A stretch of DNA of 64,000 nucleotides from Planctomycetota bacterium (lineage in GTDB: Bacteria; Planctomycetota; SZUA-567; H5-PLA8): contig JABTUM010000002.1 in NCBI GenBank assembly GCA_015075375.1, positions 16,306 through 80,305 of the forward strand. Direction: 5' to 3'. Made by a program: the position numbers and the translations under genes. Positions 43,418 through 52,317 of the stretch are shown in pieces (within the stretch, counting starts at the first letter, position 1; every line of letters begins with the position of its first letter). The notes under the pieces are model-generated. The model searched no databases, was not told where the DNA came from, and was given only the letters and a program-made list of their open reading frames with translations.

Positions 43418-45562
43418 TCAGTTGTAGTGCATCCCGTAGCCGCCTTTGTGGTCCTTGAGCGCGGCCACGACGATCCAGAAAAAGGTGGCGAGCGCTTCGC
43501 CGACGATAAGCCCGATGAAGAAGTTTCGCCCGCGCAGGTAAACGCGCTGGCCGCCGAATCGCACGATCAGCGTCTTGATCAGCCAACCTAAGAAGTACGT
43601 GAACCACATGCGGTGGATGGGCCAAGGGCCCATCCACATCACGTAGCCGATGGGATGCGGCCACCAGAAGAGGCGGGTGCGCAGAAGCAAAAACCCGCCC
43701 ATCATCAGCGCACCGACGCTCATCCAGACGATCTTGTGCGTGTCGGGACGGGCCACCTTCGGCACCTCGGCGGAAGGGACCTCCTTGCCGCGTTCCGCAA
43801 ACTCGGCTTCTTTCTTTTCCCAAGCGTTCATTTTGGAGACGGTATCCGCCATCGAGCGGAACTCGCCCTGCGGGTGGTTGTCGAAGGCCCATCCGAACTG
43901 GCGCGCGCCGCCCGGATATCGGTAAGCGGTGTTGTAGAAGCTGAAGAAACTGACGCCGAAGGTGACGGCCAGCGCCGCGACGAGCCCGATGACGAGAGGT
44001 TTGCGGCGCAGGTTGGTGACGGAGCCCAGATGCAGCGCGCCCAGAATGTTGATCATCGGATTGCTGCGGTACCAGTCGAAGACGAAGATGCGGCTCCAGA
44101 TGCTGAGCATGATGAAGTTCTGCGGCCCCATGGCGACGGGGGTGAAGATCTGCGCGAGCAACTGGGCGGGGTTGGAGCCCATCTGAAGGAAAAAGACGCC
44201 GCCCTCGCTGACGAGGCGCGAGATGGCGGTGGCCGAGAGGAGCAGGATCACGGCGGCGGCGAGCGCCCAGTGCCACGAGATGCCTGCGACGAGGACCATC
44301 CACAAGACGGAGCCGATGAGGCCGCCGATCAGGAGAAACCATAGCGCGCGGGCCTTGCTGGCGGCGCCGGCTTCGTTTTCGGCTTGCAGCCCCAGCGCCT
44401 GGCGCAGGCTGTCGAGCAAAATGGTGCGCGCCATGAAGAATCCGATCAGGACCATCATGAAAGCCGCGCCCATGCCCTGTGAGGTGAAGATGCTTTGGGG
44501 ACCGTCGAAGCCCGAGAAGTACCAGCCGTTGCTGCCCAAGCCGAAGCCCAGCACGGCGAGCAGAATCCCGAGCTTCAAGACCACGATGTAAAAGAACCAG
44601 AGGGAGAAGCTCACCTCGAGGGAGATGAGGTACATGATCCCGATGACGGAGGGATAGATATTCATGTAGACCGGGTGCAGATGCCGCCACGGCGGTTCGG
44701 TGAGGTAGGTCCAATCCATGTGCGTGTTGTGGAGCTGGATGGTGGGCCAAGTGGGGAAGTAGTCGACCATCGCGTTCCAGCCGTGCAGGAGGAACGTGAC
44801 GGCCAGGCCCCAATAGGAAAGGCGGTCTTTGAAGAACAGGGGCACGCCACCGCGGCCGCCCATGCCGACGGTCATGGCTTCGGGAATCTGGGCCAGCGGG
44901 AAGGGGAGGCGTTCGCGGTCGGACCACTGCCGATGCAGGAGCGCCGAGAGGGCGAAAAACATGCCCAGCACCATGACGAGCGCGAGGAACCACCAGAGGT
45001 AAGGTCCGATCAAGCTTTGCCACGGAACCGGAGTATTGGGCGGGAGGCCGGCAAAGAACCATTCGACGGGCCGCGGATCGGTGCTGAGGGGATCGCTGGG
45101 ATCGCGCGCGGCGAGATGCCCCGGGATGAACGGATGTAGCAGGTTCTCCCAGTCGTTCTCGGGGCGGGCGTAGTAGAAGCTGCCCATTTGCGCCACCGTG
45201 CCGTAGGCCATGAAGCCGTACCCGGGCAGCGGGTTGATCAGCATCGTCATGGCGAAGACGAGCGCAACATCCTGGCGGCTGAGGCCGACGGTCTCGCGCC
45301 AGTGCGCGAGCGCGACGTTGCAGAGCACGATCAGTACGAAGGAGAGGACGACCGAGGATGCCGGAAGGAGATTCAGCGTCAGGACAGTATGCCGGATAAC
45401 GTAGTCGATCTGGGGGATCAGGTAACTGAGCGCGGCACAGGCGAGCAGGCCGGCGGCCCAGCCGCGCACGGTGGGATTCGTGGCCTGGGCGTGGTCGAGC
45501 CCTTGCAGGCGCGCGCGATCTTCGGCGTCGAAACGAGGCCCGCCCCGGTACGAATCGGCCAC
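43418..45562 (-). CDS. Large polytopic membrane protein of unknown function (DUF6785/DUF6784-like from memory)
   Basis: 714 aa with more than 14 hydrophobic segments and aromatic-rich loops. GTG start at 45562; no earlier ATG in frame. Confidence 0.7.
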   Translation of the reverse strand: MADSYRGGPRFDAEDRARLQGLDHAQATNPTVRGWAAGLLACAALSYLIPQIDYVIRHTVLTLNLLPASSVVLSFVLIVLCNVALAHWRETVGLSRQDVALVFAMTMLINPLPGYGFMAYGTVAQMGSFYYARPENDWENLLHPFIPGHLAARDPSDPLSTDPRPVEWFFAGLPPNTPVPWQSLIGPYLWWFLALVMVLGMFFALSALLHRQWSDRERLPFPLAQIPEAMTVGMGGRGGVPLFFKDRLSYWGLAVTFLLHGWNAMVDYFPTWPTIQLHNTHMDWTYLTEPPWRHLHPVYMNIYPSVIGIMYLISLEVSFSLWFFYIVVLKLGILLAVLGFGLGSNGWYFSGFDGPQSIFTSQGMGAAFMMVLIGFFMARTILLDSLRQALGLQAENEAGAASKARALWFLLIGGLIGSVLWMVLVAGISWHWALAAAVILLLSATAISRLVSEGGVFFLQMGSNPAQLLAQIFTPVAMGPQNFIMLSIWSRIFVFDWYRSNPMINILGALHLGSVTNLRRKPLVIGLVAALAVTFGVSFFSFYNTAYRYPGGARQFGWAFDNHPQGEFRSMADTVSKMNAWEKKEAEFAERGKEVPSAEVPKVARPDTHKIVWMSVGALMMGGFLLLRTRLFWWPHPIGYVMWMGPWPIHRMWFTYFLGWLIKTLIVRFGGQRVYLRGRNFFIGLIVGEALATFFWIVVAALKDHKGGYGMHYN

Positions 45563-45675
45563 GATTTAGCTTCCGCCTTCATGGGTTGACAAGGAGTCTA
45601 TCGCACATACCCCGCCCGCACGGTTTCGTCGGATGGAAGCTTGGAAATTGACCGCTCTGCCGGGAAAAGAGCCGT

Positions 45676-46437
45676 TCACGGATGAGGCGGGTCCACGAGT
45701 TCCCAAGTTAAAGGTAGCGCTTTAAGCCATTGTTCGGCAAAGTGCCGGGACTGGCGGCGGTGGAACTTGTCCCATTGCTGTCCCATGCGCTGAAACTTGC
45801 GAAGGACTTTCAAGAACGACTGCAACGGTTGTGCGGATTCGCACGCGGGCAGGAGCTGGTCGCGAATTTCGGGATCGCCGCAGTCCTGGGCAAAGGCGCG
45901 CAGCCAGAGACGGTGCTGTTCCACGTCGGCGACAGGAATGCGTTGCAGCGGCTGGCTGGGATCGAAGTGGCCGGAGAAATCGCCGGGCGCATCCGTGGGC
46001 GCGGCCGGCTTGGGCGCGGGTTTCGTTTGCTCGGGCGGCTTCTCGCCAAAGAGCGAAGCGAGTTTCTTGGCGCTCGATTCGCGGCGCGGATCGCCGCCGC
46101 CGAAGGGGTTGGCCGATTCCTTTTTCTCGCGCTTCCAGAAATCTCCGCCGAATGTGTCCTTCTTGGGCGCCGGATCGTCCTTAAAGAGGTCGGCCTTTTT
46201 TGCCACGCCCCCGGCCGGACCGAACGGAACGGGTTCGCTGCGGATATTCACGTCGCCGCCGCCGGGCGGGAGCGGCGCGATGCGGGGCGAGGGCGGCACG
46301 TCGTTAACTTCTTCGGGTGTCAGGGTGCGCGAAGTGATCTCCCCGCTTCGCAGATCGAGGTAGTACGCCAGGAGTTTGTAATCGAACGCGGTCACGGCTC
46401 GGTACAGCGCGTCGGCATCGATGCGAATGTCGGCCAT
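45676..46437 (-). CDS. Hypothetical protein (UPF0158-like N-terminus)
   Basis: MADIRIDADALYRAVTAFDYKLLAYYLDLRSGEI resembles the UPF0158 start. The middle is Pro/Gly/Lys-rich and low-complexity, and the C-terminus is helical. Confidence 0.55.
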   Translation of the reverse strand: MADIRIDADALYRAVTAFDYKLLAYYLDLRSGEITSRTLTPEEVNDVPPSPRIAPLPPGGGDVNIRSEPVPFGPAGGVAKKADLFKDDPAPKKDTFGGDFWKREKKESANPFGGGDPRRESSAKKLASLFGEKPPEQTKPAPKPAAPTDAPGDFSGHFDPSQPLQRIPVADVEQHRLWLRAFAQDCGDPEIRDQLLPACESAQPLQSFLKVLRKFQRMGQQWDKFHRRQSRHFAEQWLKALPLTWELVDPPHP

Positions 46438-46563
46438 CGGTCCGTCCCTCGCGAACGGCGCGGAGTATAGCGGATTTCCGCTCGCGTCCGCCAGAGCAGC
46501 GGCTGGCGTTGGATGAAAGGAGGCGCGCGGGGTACTATGGGCGCGTCGATCTCGGGGAAGCTC

Positions 46564-48195
46564 ATGACCGCCGCAGCCAACGATCCGTCACGAACGCAGG
46601 GCCGCGTCTATTTGGTGGGCGCCGGCCCGGGCGATCCGGGTTTGCTTACCCTCCGGGCGAAGGAGCTGCTCGAGCGCTGCGACGTGCTGGTGTACGACGC
46701 GCTGGTCACGGCGCCGATCCTGGCTATGGCGAACCCGGGCGCGGAGCGGATTTATGTCGGCAAGCGCGGGAACAAGCACGAGGTCGAGCAGCCGGACATC
46801 AACGCGATCCTGGTGGAGCAGGCGAAGCGCGGCAGGCAGATCCTGCGGCTCAAGGGCGGCGATCCGTACCTTTTCGGGCGAGGCGCGGAAGAAGCGGCGT
46901 ACCTGATCGAGCGCGGCGTGGCGGTGGAAGTGGTGCCGGGCGTGACGGCGGGGATCGCGGCGCCGGCGTACGCAGGGATTCCGGTGACGCATCGCGCACA
47001 CGCCAGCGCGGTGGCGTTCGTGACGGGGCACGAGGATCCGACGAAGCCGGAGAGCGCGCTGGATTACGCGGCGCTTTCGAAGATCGGGACGCTCTGCTTT
47101 TACATGGGCGTGAAGAACCTGGGCCGGATTTCGGGAGAGCTTTCGAAGCATCTGCCGCGCGAGACGCCGGTGGCGGTGATCCAGTGGGGCACGACGCCGC
47201 AGCAGCGCACGGTGACCGGGACGCTGGCGGATATCGAAGCGAAGGTGCGCGAGGCGAAGCTGGAAGCGCCGGCGCTGACGGTGGTCGGGAATGTGGTGAA
47301 GGAGCGCGCGGGGCTGAACTTTTTCGAGACGCGCCCGCTCTTCGGGCGGCGCATCGTCGTCACGCGCAGCCGGCTGCAGGCGAGCGACCTGGCCGAGCGG
47401 CTTACGGCGCTGGGCGCGGAGGCGCTGCAGTTGCCGACGATCCGGCTGGAGCCGCCGGAAGACCGGCGCGCGCTGGAAACGGCCGTGCGGCATCTCGACC
47501 GCTTCGACTGGATCGTGTTGGCGAGCGTGAACGGCGTCGATGCACTCTTCGACGAACTGTCCAGGCAAGGTCGCGACGCGCGGGCGCTGGGCGCGGCGAA
47601 GGTGGCGGCGGTGGGCCCGTCCACGCAGGCGCGGCTTATGGAGCGCGGTGTCCGCGCAGACCTGGTGCCGCCGAAGTACGTCGCCGAATCGATCGTCGAG
47701 AGCCTGCGCGCGGCGGGCGTGTTCGGCGCGCCGCCGCCCCGCGAATCCAGCCTGGATGTGGCGCTTTCGAGCGACGGGGCCGCGCCGTTCGCGAAGCCCG
47801 ATGCTGGGGCGCCGCGCTTCCTGCTGGCGCGCGCCGATATCGCGCGGAGCACGCTGCCTGAATTGCTGCGCGAGAACGGCGGCAGCGTTACGGAAGTGAT
47901 CGCGTACCGCACGGTGCTGGAGACGACCGGGCAGGAAGCGGCCCTGGAAGCGCTGGCCGCGGGGGAGGTGGATGCGGTTACCTTCACCAGCAGCAGCACG
48001 GCTCGGAACTTCGCGGAGATTCTGGGGCCGGAGCGCCTCAAGCAGGCGCTGGCTTCACCGCGGCTGAAGTTGTTTTCCATCGGCCCGATCACGAGCCAGA
48101 CCGTACGCGAACTGGAAATGCCGTTGAGCGGCGAGGCCGCGGAGCACGATATTCCGGGGCTGGTGGCGATATTGAAGCAGGCGTTTGCCCGTTAA
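46564..48195 (+). CDS. cobA: Fused uroporphyrinogen-III C-methyltransferase / uroporphyrinogen-III synthase
   Basis: GRVYLVGAGPGDPGLLTL..LL..CDVLVYDALV and LKGGDPYLFGRG indicate SUMT. The C-terminal RRIVVTRSR.QASDLAERL..LGAEALQLPTI...FDWIVLASVNGV indicates HemD. Alternative start at 46513. Confidence 0.9.
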   Translation: MTAAANDPSRTQGRVYLVGAGPGDPGLLTLRAKELLERCDVLVYDALVTAPILAMANPGAERIYVGKRGNKHEVEQPDINAILVEQAKRGRQILRLKGGDPYLFGRGAEEAAYLIERGVAVEVVPGVTAGIAAPAYAGIPVTHRAHASAVAFVTGHEDPTKPESALDYAALSKIGTLCFYMGVKNLGRISGELSKHLPRETPVAVIQWGTTPQQRTVTGTLADIEAKVREAKLEAPALTVVGNVVKERAGLNFFETRPLFGRRIVVTRSRLQASDLAERLTALGAEALQLPTIRLEPPEDRRALETAVRHLDRFDWIVLASVNGVDALFDELSRQGRDARALGAAKVAAVGPSTQARLMERGVRADLVPPKYVAESIVESLRAAGVFGAPPPRESSLDVALSSDGAAPFAKPDAGAPRFLLARADIARSTLPELLRENGGSVTEVIAYRTVLETTGQEAALEALAAGEVDAVTFTSSSTARNFAEILGPERLKQALASPRLKLFSIGPITSQTVRELEMPLSGEAAEHDIPGLVAILKQAFAR

Positions 48196-49034
48196 TCGAA
48201 GACGATGGTGCGGTTGCCGTGCACGAACAGGCGTTCCTCGAAGACCAGCCGCAGGGCCTTGGCGAGCACCAGCTTCTCGACGTCGCGCCCGGCTTGAGCC
48301 ATGGCGGCGGCGCTGAAGGTGTGGTCCACGTGAGTCACGTCCTGCGCGATGATGGGGCCTTCGTCGAGCGCGTCGGTTACGAAGTGCGCGGTGGCGCCGA
48401 TGATCTTCACGCCGCGGCGGAAAGCCTGCCCGTAGGGATTGGCGCCGGCGAAGGCGGGCAGGAACGAGTGGTGGATGTTCACGATCCTGCGCGGCCAGCG
48501 CGCGACGAATTCAGGCGTCAGAATGCGCATGTATTTGGCCAGTACGAGATATTCCGGCGCGTAGCGCTCGAGCAGCGGCCGCAGTCTGGCTTCGTGCTCC
48601 GCGTGTTCGAGCCCGGTCTGAGGCACGCATTCGAACGGCAGCCCGAAGCGCCGGACCAGGTCTTCGAGATCGGCATGGTTGCTGATGACGGCGGCAATGC
48701 CGGCATGCAGGTCGCCGTAGGAGTGCCGTAGGAGCAGTTCGCCCAGGCAGTAGGGTTCCTTGCCGGCGAAGACGACGATGCGCTTGGGTTCGAGCGCGGC
48801 GATGCGCACACAGGCCTCGGCCGGTAGGACGCGGGTCAGTTCGGCATTGACCTGCGCCTGATCGAGGGCTCCGGCGCATTCGGTGCGCATGAAGAAATGC
48901 CGGGCGTCGCGGTCTACGAATTCCTGGTTGCGGACGATATTGAGCCCTTGGCGAAAAAGCACACCGGAAACGGCGTGCACAAGGCCGGTGCGGTCGGGGC
49001 AGTCGATCAGAACGAGCTGGTTGGGGCTGGTCAT
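48192..49034 (-). CDS. purU: Formyltetrahydrofolate deformylase
   Basis: ATG at 49034 inside track ORF 48192..49295. ACT-like N-terminus LVLIDCPDRTGLVHAVSGVLF, then IVNIHHSFLPAFAGANPYGQAFRRGVKIIGATAHFV. Confidence 0.9.
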   Translation of the reverse strand: MTSPNQLVLIDCPDRTGLVHAVSGVLFRQGLNIVRNQEFVDRDARHFFMRTECAGALDQAQVNAELTRVLPAEACVRIAALEPKRIVVFAGKEPYCLGELLLRHSYGDLHAGIAAVISNHADLEDLVRRFGLPFECVPQTGLEHAEHEARLRPLLERYAPEYLVLAKYMRILTPEFVARWPRRIVNIHHSFLPAFAGANPYGQAFRRGVKIIGATAHFVTDALDEGPIIAQDVTHVDHTFSAAAMAQAGRDVEKLVLAKALRLVFEERLFVHGNRTIVFD

Positions 49035-49159
49035 GGCGTCGATTCTCGCCGCAAAGCCCGGATCTGAAAAGCGCAGCGCGGGTTTCCCGGGTGCGGGAAG
49101 CGCGCGAATCGGATAAGTAATACCCCGTTCCGCAATGGTACGGGAGGCCGGGCGAAGCG

Positions 49160-50539
49160 ATGCCGCCGTGGGTGCGACGCGAACTTTCCGGGTGGGCGCG
49201 TTACCCGGTGGAGGCTTGCCACGAGTTCCGGCCGGAGCGGCGCGGGGCGGTGGCCGAGATTCTGGCGTCCGGCGGGCAGAGCAGCTACATCGCACGCGGT
49301 CTGGGTCGCAGTTACGGCGACTGCGCGCTGAATCGAGGCGCCGGCGTGGTGAACCTCACGCGGCTCGACCGATTCCTGAATTTCGACGAAGACACGGGGG
49401 AAGTGCGCTGCGAAGCGGGCGTAAGCTTCGAGGCGTTGCTGCAGACGTGCCTGCCGCGAGGCTGGTTTCCTCCGGTGACGCCCGGGACGAAATTCGTCAC
49501 GGTGGGCGGCGCGATCGCGAACGATATCCACGGTAAAAATCACCACGCCGACGGAACCTTCGGCGCGGCGGTGAACGAGATGACGCTCCTGACACCGAAC
49601 GGCGAGCGGGTCGTCTGCGGGCCGCAGCGCAACGCGGACCTGTTCTGGGCGACGGTGGGCGGCGCGGGGTTGACGGGATTCATCCTGGACGCTCGCTTTC
49701 GGATGCTGAAGGTCGAGACGGCCTACTTGAAGGCGGATCACCTGCGGGTGAAGGGACTTGCCGAGGCCATGCGCGCGATGCTGGATTCGGACGCGGGGTA
49801 TCGCTATTCGGTGGCATGGATCGACGGATTGGCGCGCGGGAAAAGCCTGGGCCGCAGCGTACTGATGCGCGCGAATCATGCGCGGTTGTCGGATCTGCCG
49901 TCGGGGACGCCCAATCCGCTGTGGCCGCCGCCTCGGGGACGCTGCGGCGTACCGTTCAAACTTCCCTCCCTGACGCTGAACCGATGGAGCGTGCGCGCGT
50001 TCAACACGCTGTACTACGCCACGCACGGCGATGCGGCCGGAAAGCTGGTGGACTTCGACGCGTATTTTTATCCGCTGGATTCGATCGCGCACTGGTACCG
50101 GCTCTACGGCCGGCGCGGCTTCGTGCAGTTCCAAGTGAGCTTTCCGGCAGCGAGCGCGGAAGCGGGGCTGGCGGAGGTGCTGGAGAAGCTTTCGGCTTCG
50201 GGACGCGCTTCGTTCCTCGCGGTGCTGAAGCGGTTCGGCGCGGCGAACGCGGGGTGGCTCTCGTTTCCTTCGCCCGGATTCACGCTGGCTCTCGATTTGC
50301 CGATGCGCGATGGCTTGCCGCGCCTGCTGGGCGAACTGGAAAGCCGGGTGCTGGCGCACGGCGGGCGGATCTACGCGGCGAAGGACGCATTGACGACCGC
50401 CGACGCGTTTCGCGCGATGTATCCGGAACTGGGACGCTTTCGCGCGCTGCGCGCGGAACTGGATCCTCGGGGATTGCTTTCGAGCAGCCTGGCGCGGCGG
50501 CTGGGATTGGCGCGGGCGGGCGCGGAGGCGTTCGCATGA
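49160..50539 (+). CDS. FAD-dependent oxidoreductase, DprE1-like (decaprenylphosphoryl-beta-D-ribose 2'-oxidase family)
   Basis: LSGWARYP..., ARGLGRSYGDCALN and VTVGGAIANDIHGKNHH closely parallel mycobacterial DprE1 as I remember it. Confidence 0.8.
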   Translation: MPPWVRRELSGWARYPVEACHEFRPERRGAVAEILASGGQSSYIARGLGRSYGDCALNRGAGVVNLTRLDRFLNFDEDTGEVRCEAGVSFEALLQTCLPRGWFPPVTPGTKFVTVGGAIANDIHGKNHHADGTFGAAVNEMTLLTPNGERVVCGPQRNADLFWATVGGAGLTGFILDARFRMLKVETAYLKADHLRVKGLAEAMRAMLDSDAGYRYSVAWIDGLARGKSLGRSVLMRANHARLSDLPSGTPNPLWPPPRGRCGVPFKLPSLTLNRWSVRAFNTLYYATHGDAAGKLVDFDAYFYPLDSIAHWYRLYGRRGFVQFQVSFPAASAEAGLAEVLEKLSASGRASFLAVLKRFGAANAGWLSFPSPGFTLALDLPMRDGLPRLLGELESRVLAHGGRIYAAKDALTTADAFRAMYPELGRFRALRAELDPRGLLSSSLARRLGLARAGAEAFA

Positions 50540-51300
50540 GCGGCCTGCGCCAGGGCGCCGGACGGAGCGCGTTGATCTTCGGTGCGACGAGCCCGGTGGC
50601 GCGCGCGCTGGCGCGGGAGTTCGCGCGCTGCGGCTACGAACTCTTTCTTGCCGGCCGGGCGGGGGAGGATCTGGAGGCCGTGGCGTCCGACCTGCGCATT
50701 CGGCACCGGGTTTCCGCGCATGCTTGCCCGCTTGATGCGCTGGCGTTCGAGACGCACGCCGCTTTTTTCGAAGCGGTGGCGGCGCGGACGGGGGAGTCGC
50801 TGTACGTGGCGGTATTCTGCATCGGTTCGATGAGTGATCAGAAAGCCGCGGAACGCGATTGGGATGCGGCACGGGCGATGCTGGATACGAACTACACGGC
50901 CGCGGTCTCGTTGCTGGAGCGTACGGCCGCGTACTTCGAGCCGCGCAAACGAGGCGTGATCGGCGTGGTGGGATCGGTGGCCGGGGACCGGGGCCGGCAG
51001 AGCAACTACCTGTACGGTTCGGCCAAAGCGGGTCTTGCGGCGTACGCGCAAGGGCTGCGAAACCGGCTTTGGCGCTCGGGCGTGCAGGTGACTACGATCA
51101 AACCCGGATTCTTGGATACTCGGATGACGTGGGGCAAGCCGGGATTGTTCGGCGTGGCCACACCGGAGCGTGCGGCGGAAGGCATCTTCGCGGCGCTGGC
51201 CGCAGGGCGCGACGTGGCGTACGTCCCCGGCTTCTGGCGCGGGATCATGTTGCTGATTGGCGCGGTACCCGAGCGTGTGTTCAAACGGCTCAAACTTTGA
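50536..51300 (+). CDS. Short-chain dehydrogenase/reductase, DprE2-like
   Basis: The ATG overlaps the upstream TGA (ATGA). Motifs: ALIFGATSPVARALA, YGSAKAGL. 254 aa, the size of DprE2. Confidence 0.75.
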   Translation: MSGLRQGAGRSALIFGATSPVARALAREFARCGYELFLAGRAGEDLEAVASDLRIRHRVSAHACPLDALAFETHAAFFEAVAARTGESLYVAVFCIGSMSDQKAAERDWDAARAMLDTNYTAAVSLLERTAAYFEPRKRGVIGVVGSVAGDRGRQSNYLYGSAKAGLAAYAQGLRNRLWRSGVQVTTIKPGFLDTRMTWGKPGLFGVATPERAAEGIFAALAAGRDVAYVPGFWRGIMLLIGAVPERVFKRLKL

Positions 51301-51310
51301 AAGCGTAAGC

Positions 51311-52210
51311 ATGCCGGAATCGTCCGAAGCCGAAGCTCCTGCCGCCGAAACGCCGATGCGCGCGCCTTGGGTGCGCCTGCTGCGTCCGCGCCAATGGGTC
51401 AAGAACGGCTTTGTCTTCGCACCCCTGGTCTTCACGGGGCTGTACCACCAGGAGCCGACGCTGGTTCGCGCCGTGGCGTTGTTCGGTCTGTTCTGCGTGG
51501 CCAGTTCGGCGGTGTACGTCTTTAACGATCTGTTCGATCTGGAAGACGACCGGAAACACCCGGAAAAGCGCCGCCGCCGTCCGTTGGCGGCGGGCGCGAT
51601 TTCTCCCTCGGCGGCTTGGGTGCTGTTGGTGTGTCTGGAGGCGGTAACGGCGGGAGCCGCCGTGCTGTTGGGACGGGTGGGCTTGGTGCTTGCGGCATAC
51701 CAAGCATTGAACGTGCTGTACACGGTGCGGCTAAAGGATGTGCCGATCGTGGACCTGTTCTGTATCGCGGCGGGATTCGTACTGCGGGTCTATGCAGGGG
51801 CGGTGATTCTGGACGTTCCGCTCTCGCCCTGGATGCTGAACACCACCTTATGCCTGGCGCTGTATCTTGTGACGACGAAGCGGCTCCAGGAAAAAAAGGC
51901 GCACGAGGATTCGGCTCGTCCGGTATTGAAGCAGTATTCGCTGGGCTTACTGGAGTACTTTGCGTTTCTCGCGGCGGTGGGGGCGCTATTGTTTTACGGC
52001 ATCTTCGCGCTGACTGTGCGCAAGGAATTGGCGCTCTCAATTCCGCTGGTCCTGTTCGGGTTCTTTCGGTATCGCTATATCGTGGAATGTCTGGACGGCG
52101 GCGAGTCTCCGACGGACGCGTTGTGGCAGGATTTTCCGCTGGCGCTGACGGTGCTGGCGTGGGTGGGCGTCTGTTTTTACGCCATGCGCATGGAGGGGCT
52201 GGGATCGTGA
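51311..52210 (+). CDS. UbiA-family prenyl-phosphate phosphoribosyltransferase (DPPR synthase-like)
   Basis: LRPRQWVKNGFVFAPLVF and the Asp-rich VYVFNDLFDLEDDRKHPEKRRRPLAAG. About 9 TM segments. 10 nt after the upstream stop. Confidence 0.8.
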   Translation: MPESSEAEAPAAETPMRAPWVRLLRPRQWVKNGFVFAPLVFTGLYHQEPTLVRAVALFGLFCVASSAVYVFNDLFDLEDDRKHPEKRRRRPLAAGAISPSAAWVLLVCLEAVTAGAAVLLGRVGLVLAAYQALNVLYTVRLKDVPIVDLFCIAAGFVLRVYAGAVILDVPLSPWMLNTTLCLALYLVTTKRLQEKKAHEDSARPVLKQYSLGLLEYFAFLAAVGALLFYGIFALTVRKELALSIPLVLFGFFRYRYIVECLDGGESPTDALWQDFPLALTVLAWVGVCFYAMRMEGLGS

Positions 52211-52317
52211 AAGGCTCTGGGGCAGTTGCGTTTACGTAGCGCACCCTATAGGACTAGGGATCTCATGCGGATTGTCTATTCCTCGAACCCCCAGCGTGCG
52301 TCGCGGACCTCGGATTA

